From an uncultured Candidatus Woesearchaeota archaeon (lineage in GTDB: Archaea > Nanobdellota > Nanobdellia > UBA10117), in the NCBI GenBank assembly GCA_903864915.1, contig CAIPHS010000005.1, forward strand, positions 3,968-67,967: a stretch of DNA of 64,000 nucleotides, read 5' to 3'. This document shows, one piece after another, positions 43,650 through 50,195 of this stretch. Below the pieces are notes generated by a model. It did no database searches, had not been told where the DNA came from, and worked only from the letters and a program-made list of their open reading frames with translations. The position numbers and the translations under genes are program-made. Numbering within the stretch: the stretch's first letter is position 1; every line of letters starts with the position of its first letter.

Positions 43650-43736
43650 GCCCGATTAGCTCAGCGGTTAGAGCGATCGCCTGTTATCTATAAGATAGAG
43701 AGCGATAGGCCCGAGGTTCGAATCCTCGATCGGGCG
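43650..43736 (+). tRNA. tRNA-Asn (anticodon GUU) with an intron of about 14 nt
   Basis: Acceptor GCCCGAT/ATCGGGC, anticodon stem ATCGC/GCGAT, loop CTGTTA[intron]A, T arm CGAGG-TTCGAAT-CCTCG. Confidence 0.85.
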
Positions 43737-43758
43737 CTCAGATTTATGGAGGTACAAC

Positions 43759-45033
43759 ATGGCTGCTGAATTCAGTTCGATAGAATCAGTTTTAGATGAC
43801 AAGCAAGCTGGCAAGCTAGTCCATATCAGAGGCTGGGTTCATAGAAAGAGGGACCAGAAGGAGCTGATTTTCCTAGTAATAAGAGATTCCACAGACCTTA
43901 TTCAGGCAGTTATCAAAAAAGACTCGAAGGCCTGGAAAGACGCTGAAAAAATCACAATAGAAAGCTCTTGCGAATTAAGCGGCAAGATAAAGAAAGAAGA
44001 AAGGGCGCCAACCGGCTATGAACTTCAAGTGGATGATTTGAAGATAATCGGCTTGGCTGAAAGGTTCCCAATAACAAAAGACTTGTCTGAAGAATTTTTA
44101 AGAGATGTTAGGCACTTATGGCTTAGAAGCAGGAAATTAACGCAAGTTCTAAGAGTAAGAAGTGAGGTTTTCAGGGCAATCCACGATTTCTACCACAAGG
44201 AAGGCTTTACCGAATACCAATCTCCAATATTCACAACGCAGGCATGTGAAGGTGGTTCAACTTTATTTGAAGTCAAGGGCTTTGACAGAAAAGTTTACCT
44301 GTCACAGAGCTGGCAGCTGCATGCAGAAGCTGGAATATTTGCTCTTGAAAAAATTTACACTGTTGCACCAATGTTCAGGGCTGAAAAATCCAGAACAACA
44401 AGACATCTTGCTGAGGCGTGGCTGGCTGAATCTGAAGCTGCATGGCTGGACTTTGATGGCTTGTTGAAGCAGGAAGAAGAATTGATAATTTATGTCGTAC
44501 AGCATGTTCTCAAAACTTGCAAAAAAGAATTTAAAGAACTTAGCAGGGATACGAAAGATTTGGAATCACTAAAAGCGCCGTTTGCAAGATTAAAATACGC
44601 TGATGCACTAAAGAAATTAGGCAAAAAATGGGGTTATGATTTAACAGACAAGGATGAACGAGAGCTTGTCGCACAGCTTGGAAAACCCATATTCCTGACT
44701 CACTTCCCAAGAGACATGAAAGCATTCTACATGAAGCCAGACCCAAAAGAACCCAAGACAGTTTTAGGTGCGGATTTGCTTGCACCAGGCATAGGCGAGA
44801 TAAGCGGTGGAAGCGAAAGAATTGTTGATGAAAAAGAGCTTCAGAAATCTTTGAAAATATTCAAGCTGAAAGAGGAAGATTATGGCTGGTACATGGATTT
44901 AAGAAAATTCGGCAGTGTGCCGCATTCGGGCATGGGCTTGGGCATAGAAAGGCTCGTGATGTGGCTGACAGGCATGCCACATATAATGGATGTGGTATCA
45001 TTCCCAAGAACGCTGTACAGACTTTCACCTTAG
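43759..45033 (+). CDS. asnS: asparaginyl-tRNA synthetase
   Basis: N-terminal OB domain, YLSQSWQLHAE, FRAEKSRTTRHLAEAWLAESE (AsnRS-type motif 2 region), GSERI, and GLGIERLVMW...PR at the C-terminus. Confidence 0.9.
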   Translation: MAAEFSSIESVLDDKQAGKLVHIRGWVHRKRDQKELIFLVIRDSTDLIQAVIKKDSKAWKDAEKITIESSCELSGKIKKEERAPTGYELQVDDLKIIGLAERFPITKDLSEEFLRDVRHLWLRSRKLTQVLRVRSEVFRAIHDFYHKEGFTEYQSPIFTTQACEGGSTLFEVKGFDRKVYLSQSWQLHAEAGIFALEKIYTVAPMFRAEKSRTTRHLAEAWLAESEAAWLDFDGLLKQEEELIIYVVQHVLKTCKKEFKELSRDTKDLESLKAPFARLKYADALKKLGKKWGYDLTDKDERELVAQLGKPIFLTHFPRDMKAFYMKPDPKEPKTVLGADLLAPGIGEISGGSERIVDEKELQKSLKIFKLKEEDYGWYMDLRKFGSVPHSGMGLGIERLVMWLTGMPHIMDVVSFPRTLYRLSP

Positions 45034-45845
45034 AATTTTTCTATTATTCTTTTCATTGCTAGTGCATCTTGCTCCAGCAATGGTGTTTCGCAGATTAAGG
45101 TTATGTCTGACTTTCTTTTTACAAGCTCTTTTGCCAGCTCTGCGAAATCTGGTGTCTTTTGTGCAATCGGAACATGGATATCTACAAAACTCTTTGAAGT
45201 TGTGCTGTATTTCACGCAATTGAAGTGTGAATTGATGTGTTTGATTCCCAAATCTTTCAACTCATCAAGGATTTTTGCAAAGTCTTCCTTTCCATCTGGG
45301 CAATAAAGATGCCCCCAGTCCAGATAGGGCACAAAATGCTTCTTGAATTTCTTGTAAATGTCGATAATTTCGCTGAGTCTGCCCCATTGCGAAGCCTTTC
45401 CCATAGTTTCATAGCCAAGCTTCGTATTCTTGATGCCAAGCTTTTCCATTTTTTCCACAATTTGTGTGGTGACGTCAATCATTTGCTTCTGGGCTTCTTC
45501 TTTGGAAAGTTTGCCATAATAGGACGCATGGGCAGCAATTGCGTCTGCACCCATTCTTTCAGCCCGGTCTAGAGAATCAATAATTCTTTGTATTGATGCT
45601 TGAACTATGGCTTTCTTGTCTGAAAGCAGGTTTATGTAGTAAGGCGCATGCACGCTCAGCCTCACGCCAAGCTCTTTTGCAACTTTTCCGACTTCTGTGG
45701 CCAATTCCGGAGACATATTAACGCCACGAACAAACTCAACTTCTAAGGCATTAAGGCCGAGGCGGGCACATTCCTTTATCCCGCCTATCGTAGAACGTTC
45801 CTTAGAACTAGTCGGCACGCCCCCAGAGCCGATGAAAATAGCCAT
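45030..45845 (-). CDS. nfo: endonuclease IV-like AP endonuclease (xylose isomerase-like TIM barrel)
   Basis: GLNALEVEF and LSVHAPYYINL segments. Length is about 270 aa. Confidence 0.75.
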   Translation of the reverse strand: MAIFIGSGGVPTSSKERSTIGGIKECARLGLNALEVEFVRGVNMSPELATEVGKVAKELGVRLSVHAPYYINLLSDKKAIVQASIQRIIDSLDRAERMGADAIAAHASYYGKLSKEEAQKQMIDVTTQIVEKMEKLGIKNTKLGYETMGKASQWGRLSEIIDIYKKFKKHFVPYLDWGHLYCPDGKEDFAKILDELKDLGIKHINSHFNCVKYSTTSKSFVDIHVPIAQKTPDFAELAKELVKRKSDITLICETPLLEQDALAMKRIIEKF

Positions 45846-45853
45846 AACAAGTC

Positions 45854-45860
45854 TTTAAAA
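45854..45860 (+). promoter_or_regulatory. TATA-like box (TTTAAAA) for tRNA-Arg
   Basis: Located 24-30 nt upstream of tRNA position 1. Confidence 0.45.
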
Positions 45861-45883
45861 TTCACAAATTAAAGCTTTTGTGT

Positions 45884-45957
45884 GGGCCTGTAGCATAGCC
45901 TGGACAGTGCGCCCGGCTTCGGACCGGGGGACGGGTGTTCAAATCATCCCAGGCCCG
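45884..45957 (+). tRNA. tRNA-Arg (anticodon UCG)
   Basis: Acceptor GGGCCTG/CAGGCCC, anticodon arm CCCGG-CTTCGGA-CCGGG, T loop TTCAAAT. Confidence 0.9.
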
Positions 45958-45992
45958 CTTAAACTTAAAAACCTTCTATTTTCTAGCAACAC

Positions 45993-46526
45993 ATGTTAGA
46001 AGTCCGAATCGAGAGAGCAGCGCTTGCAACAATGTTAGCAAGCACAAGAGAAGTTTTCTCCAACGAGACTTATGGCCTGCTTTTGGGCAAAAAGAGCCAA
46101 AAAGTTGCAGAAGTGCTGCACGCAGTTCCATGTCAAGTTGCAGACCGGAAACGCTATGAAGTCAGTTGCAATGGCAAAACCAGAAAATTGGAAGAGGTTT
46201 TGAGAAGTTTTGAAGGCAGAGATTTCCAAGTTCTGGGAGATTTTCATTCTCATCCTGTTTTGAGGAATCAGTCTTTCTCAGAATATTCCGAAATTAGTGA
46301 TTCCGATCACGACGATATAGAAAAAGATGAAATCTATGCACTAATCACCGCAAGATTAGTAGATTCCAAAAAGTATGATATTCGATATGCACAAATAACA
46401 CCAGGAATCGCTGGCCGGTGGAGCGACCTTTATTTCAATCTGAAGGTTTACGCCTGGCGTAATGAATGTGAATGTTTCTCGCCAGCCCCAGTAAAGTGCA
46501 GAGGAATAAAAATTAAAAGGAAGTAA
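45993..46526 (+). CDS. JAMM/MPN+ metalloprotease-like protein
   Basis: An upstream Glu (SNETYGLLLG) and GDFHSHP...SDSD. The spacing between HxH and SxxD is longer than canonical. Confidence 0.7.
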   Translation: MLEVRIERAALATMLASTREVFSNETYGLLLGKKSQKVAEVLHAVPCQVADRKRYEVSCNGKTRKLEEVLRSFEGRDFQVLGDFHSHPVLRNQSFSEYSEISDSDHDDIEKDEIYALITARLVDSKKYDIRYAQITPGIAGRWSDLYFNLKVYAWRNECECFSPAPVKCRGIKIKRK

Positions 46527-46549
46527 TCGAATAATCCTCGCAGGCCACT

Positions 46550-47077
46550 TCAAAGGATAGCTTCTATCTTTTTCAGCACAACTATCATGCGTTCAATTGC
46601 ATATTTTGTTGGGTTTTCTTGAGGGTTATAGGGATCAAGTAAAAAGAAATAGCCAGAAGAAGCCCGCAAACCAGGCCAATATTTTTCTTGCGAAAACCAG
46701 CCAAGCAAGTCCATAAGCGACACAAGTTCATTAACCTCTTTTATTACTTGCTCAGCTTCTTTTTTGAGCGCGTCAGGCAGTTTATTTAATATTTTTTTAA
46801 GAGGGTTTGTTAGGCGTTCACGTATTTGCTTGATATAAAGTTGTGAGTTTCTACTCCAAGCAAAAATATGGGGTGCAGGATAGCCGTGATCGCCTAGTTT
46901 GCCCTTGCCCTTCTGAAGTTTATCCTCGAAATCGGCAATAGAAGTTTTAGATATGTTTTTCCAAAGCTCTGGATCTTTATCTAAAAGAAAACGTTCTTCT
47001 TGAGATAACAACTCTTTTGGAATTTTTTCCCGTAAGTCTTTAACCCTGTCGTATAAACCTCGCCTGAGTAAAGCCAT
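46550..47077 (-). CDS. hypothetical protein
   Basis: 175-aa ORF with no motif I recognise. Confidence 0.55.
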   Translation of the reverse strand: MALLRRGLYDRVKDLREKIPKELLSQEERFLLDKDPELWKNISKTSIADFEDKLQKGKGKLGDHGYPAPHIFAWSRNSQLYIKQIRERLTNPLKKILNKLPDALKKEAEQVIKEVNELVSLMDLLGWFSQEKYWPGLRASSGYFFLLDPYNPQENPTKYAIERMIVVLKKIEAIL

Positions 47078-47138
47078 AGATTAAGTTTAACTTGCCGTAA
47101 TATTTAAGATTTTATACGTGGTTGTAGGCCCGCTAATC

Positions 47139-47146
47139 TTTTAAAA
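47139..47146 (+). promoter_or_regulatory. TATA-like box (TTTTAAAA) for tRNA-Glu
   Basis: Located 24-31 nt upstream of tRNA position 1. Confidence 0.45.
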
Positions 47147-47169
47147 GACGAAAATCGCACTTAATCTAC

Positions 47170-47284
47170 GCTCCCGTAGTCTAGCCCGGTTAAGGATAAG
47201 GGATTCTCGCAGCGCGAAGGCCTAGCTTTGCTGGGTTTCCGCCGGAAACATCCCTGGACACGAGTTCAAATCTCGTCGGGAGCA
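47170..47284 (+). tRNA. tRNA-Glu (anticodon CUC) with an intron of about 41 nt
   Basis: Acceptor GCTCCCG/CGGGAGC, anticodon stem AGGGA/TCCCT, loop TTCTCG[intron], T arm ACGAG-TTCAAAT-CTCGT. Confidence 0.8.
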
Positions 47285-47285
47285 C

Positions 47286-47837
47286 TTATACATCTGCATA
47301 GAATGTTTCTGGCTGTAAAACAATTTTTCCTATGTATTTTTCGTATTCCGGATTCATTCGTGCAACAAAAGGTGTAATGGTACAAGCTGCGGTATTTCTC
47401 AGCATAACTGGCAGCTCAGAATCCCAGTCAATATTGTTCCAAAGGTATTCTATGCATTCTGCATACTTATCATTAAATTTAAGGTCCTCTGGTGCATAAT
47501 TAGGAAGATTTACTCGCCAGGGCTCAGATGCAAGTGGCTTCCAGAAAGTGACTTCGCGCTCTTCCACTAACTGCAATATTTCTGAGAGGACCTTTTGTGG
47601 AACAACAGCAAGCCCTCGTGCACAAAGTTCGCCCTTTTTATAAATCTCTATACTTTTATCAGGATTAAGGAAAATTGGCACAACGTTATTTCTGTGAATC
47701 TCATAATATTTTTGTTTAACTTTATTTTCAGCCGGGCCCGCGGGTGATATAATCGCGATATCTTTTCTTGAAATGTATATTTGCCCTATCTCCTTTGGAT
47801 GTAAGCATAATAAGCAAGATTCTAAAGTGGCATGCAT
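47286..47837 (-). CDS. hypothetical protein
   Basis: 183-aa ORF. Its stop codon lies 1 nt from the 3' end of the convergent tRNA-Glu. I recognise no motif. Confidence 0.6.
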   Translation of the reverse strand: MHATLESCLLCLHPKEIGQIYISRKDIAIISPAGPAENKVKQKYYEIHRNNVVPIFLNPDKSIEIYKKGELCARGLAVVPQKVLSEILQLVEEREVTFWKPLASEPWRVNLPNYAPEDLKFNDKYAECIEYLWNNIDWDSELPVMLRNTAACTITPFVARMNPEYEKYIGKIVLQPETFYADV

Positions 47838-47893
47838 GTATTTGCCTTAAATAAGGCAAGCCAATTTAAATTTTTGTTTAAATTACTATACAA

Positions 47894-49120
47894 TCATTTT
47901 GCTTTTGTTGGATTTAGATTATAGTTTTCGGGCAAGCAGGCGTAGTGCTGAAATAGCTCTGCTGGTGTTATGTTTATTTGCCGCAAAAGTTTGCAGAAGC
48001 GCCAGCAGTTATAATCTGCGAAGCAGTCACTGCACCCGTCCTTTTTAAGAGGCTCATTTACTTTACGGGTTTCTAGCCAACTTGCAGGATTTTGCAAAAG
48101 AAGTTTCTGCCTTTCTATGGACTGATCGATGCGATTTTCCAGATCTATTATGTGAGGATTCTCTAGTGAGTATTCGAACTCGCAGATATCAAACACTGTT
48201 TCGCGATAGCTTGGGAGTATTGCTTTGTAATCCGGCGGGGTATAAGGCGGGCGTTCGATTATTGTCAGTATGCTTTCGGGCTTAATTTTAAGGGTTTGAC
48301 AAACGCCCAAGCCATAAAATAAAAGCTGGTCTTTTTGCGTAGTCGACTGAGTTCGCTTTCTGTCCAAAACTGCAATATGCTTTGTGCTTCCCCACTCTTT
48401 TATACAGGCCAGCCCGTCAAATTTGCCCTGAAGTCGCCACCCGTCTCTAGTCTGATAATAAACGCGCTTTTCAGCAAATTCCTCTCTTGACATGCCTGCT
48501 TGATTGTGCAAGAATGGTCTTTGCCTATCTTCTGGTTGCTGATTGTAAATTAGGTGTGCTAATGTGCCTAGCAGGCCTAAAGGATTGTCTTTCGGCCTGA
48601 AGCCATCATCTAACATTTGCGGCATAATTTCTAAATTGGCTAAAATACGGTAAACTTCACACCAATGATTAACGGGAGAGATGCGCATATCGTATTCGCG
48701 GAATGGCTGGCTTTCAAAAGGCAAGAATTCAAATTGGCCTTCGCCTCTAATTTCGCGCAAGAATTTTTTGCCATTTCCTTTTATACCAAAAAATTCGACC
48801 TCTTGGTTCATAGAATTCAATCTATCTTTAGATGACTCTATGCTATTACACATGTAATTGCGCTTATAGGTGTCCTCAACCAACAGCTTGACATGATCGC
48901 CAATAACTTCTTTTTTGTCAATTAAATCTTGCAGAAACGTTGCTGTGCAGGATTGTTTTTCTGAATTTAGGCTTGGGTTATCACAAAGCCTATTCTTACA
49001 TCCGCACTTGAAGAAAGCCAGGCTAACTTCTTCGTTATTCAATAACCTTGCGACTTGGGGGCATGATTTTAACATAGCCGGTGTTGCACTATTTGTTTTC
49101 GCTTTGGAAACCAAGCACAC
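47894..49120 (-). CDS. Cas4/RecB-like PD-(D/E)xK nuclease with Fe-S cysteines and an N-terminal Cys-rich extension
   Basis: Motifs appear in the canonical order: WCEVYR (N-terminal Cys), GTLAHLIY, LQGKFDGL, IAVLDRKRT (DxK), QLLFYGLG (QxxxY) and C-terminal CSDCFADYNCWRFC. The extra N-terminal ~150 aa contains CGCKNRLC. An alternative start is at 49075. Confidence 0.75.
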   Translation of the reverse strand: MCLVSKAKTNSATPAMLKSCPQVARLLNNEEVSLAFFKCGCKNRLCDNPSLNSEKQSCTATFLQDLIDKKEVIGDHVKLLVEDTYKRNYMCNSIESSKDRLNSMNQEVEFFGIKGNGKKFLREIRGEGQFEFLPFESQPFREYDMRISPVNHWCEVYRILANLEIMPQMLDDGFRPKDNPLGLLGTLAHLIYNQQPEDRQRPFLHNQAGMSREEFAEKRVYYQTRDGWRLQGKFDGLACIKEWGSTKHIAVLDRKRTQSTTQKDQLLFYGLGVCQTLKIKPESILTIIERPPYTPPDYKAILPSYRETVFDICEFEYSLENPHIIDLENRIDQSIERQKLLLQNPASWLETRKVNEPLKKDGCSDCFADYNCWRFCKLLRQINITPAELFQHYACLPENYNLNPTKAK

Positions 49121-50145
49121 TTGAAGTTATTTTTCAAAATCTTAATTGCGCTTGGGCTAATCTCTCGCTGCCTGCTTTTTTTTGCGTCGTCACGTCTCAT
49201 TAGCTCAGATTCTGTGATTTTGAAATTAGATGCATAAGGAGATTTTATAACTGCTTGATAAATTTCAGAACCTTTTATTGCATAGATATTTATTTTATTT
49301 AATCCTAGCCTAGACCACAAACCTTTTTCTGGACTTGTATAAGCTGCGCTAAACAAAAATGCGCAAATGTATTTAGTTGCATCTATATCGCGAATTTGTT
49401 TGCGCCTGTCTTCACCTATAATTCCATCGTGTAACAGTAAACTTTTTGCCAGTTCTGAAGAAAGGACCGAAGTATGGAAATCTGAATTGGGCTGCTGTAC
49501 AAGCGGCTCTTTTGTAATTTCCTTTTCTAGACTTCCAAATCCTTTTTTATTTCGTGCTCGCATTTCTTGGTTCACCTGTTCGAAAACATCCTTGAAATAA
49601 TAGCACACAACAGATTTAGGGTAAAGATATGGAATTTTAACAAATTCCATAAAGTCTGTCATGAACATAAACAAATCAGCTTTGTACGCGTCTAAAGGTT
49701 TTGAAGTTTCTTTTTGGAAATCTTCGTCTAGCTCTTTAATTGCTGAAACCAAGATATTGCTCAGCTCGAAGTCTTGTGCAATGGGGTCGTGACCTACAAG
49801 TCTTTTCCTGCCTTCGCTCTGGTTTGGCGACTCCCCAGTAAACCACCATATTCTTTTGTCCTTTATACTGTCCAAATTTTTGGCTACAAGCGCATTGTGC
49901 CTGTATATAATTTCTTGTGCCGCAACATATTTCCACTTTTTAGAACCCACTTCCAGCGCGTCTTCAACCAAACATATCTCTTCTTCCAAAATATTCCGCA
50001 AATAGCCTTGCTCAAATCTGCTTCGCGGCAGGTCTTCCAAGAGCTCACTTTTAGACGGAAGAAAGGGCAGCAGCCGGTAATATAAATAATATATTGCTTT
50101 GCGGGGGTCTGAGCGAACACTTACTGGGGATGTCCAGCCTGGCAT
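49069..50145 (-). CDS. hypothetical protein (first gene of the Cas4-like operon)
   Basis: 358-aa ORF that overlaps the downstream nuclease gene. It is divergent from the PolB-like gene across a 50-nt gap. I recognise no motif. Confidence 0.6.
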   Translation of the reverse strand: MPGWTSPVSVRSDPRKAIYYLYYRLLPFLPSKSELLEDLPRSRFEQGYLRNILEEEICLVEDALEVGSKKWKYVAAQEIIYRHNALVAKNLDSIKDKRIWWFTGESPNQSEGRKRLVGHDPIAQDFELSNILVSAIKELDEDFQKETSKPLDAYKADLFMFMTDFMEFVKIPYLYPKSVVCYYFKDVFEQVNQEMRARNKKGFGSLEKEITKEPLVQQPNSDFHTSVLSSELAKSLLLHDGIIGEDRRKQIRDIDATKYICAFLFSAAYTSPEKGLWSRLGLNKINIYAIKGSEIYQAVIKSPYASNFKITESELMRRDDAKKSRQREISPSAIKILKNNFKCAWFPKRKQIVQHRLC

Positions 50146-50195
50146 GGCATGAAACTTAAAGTTACTCTTAAAAGACTTCTGTAAAAATTGCTTCT

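Noticed and set aside
47894-49120. A CRISPR-Cas locus implied by the Cas4-like nuclease.
   Set aside because: I saw no repeat-spacer array or other cas genes anywhere in the 64 kb, so this is treated as a solo Cas4/RecB-family nuclease.
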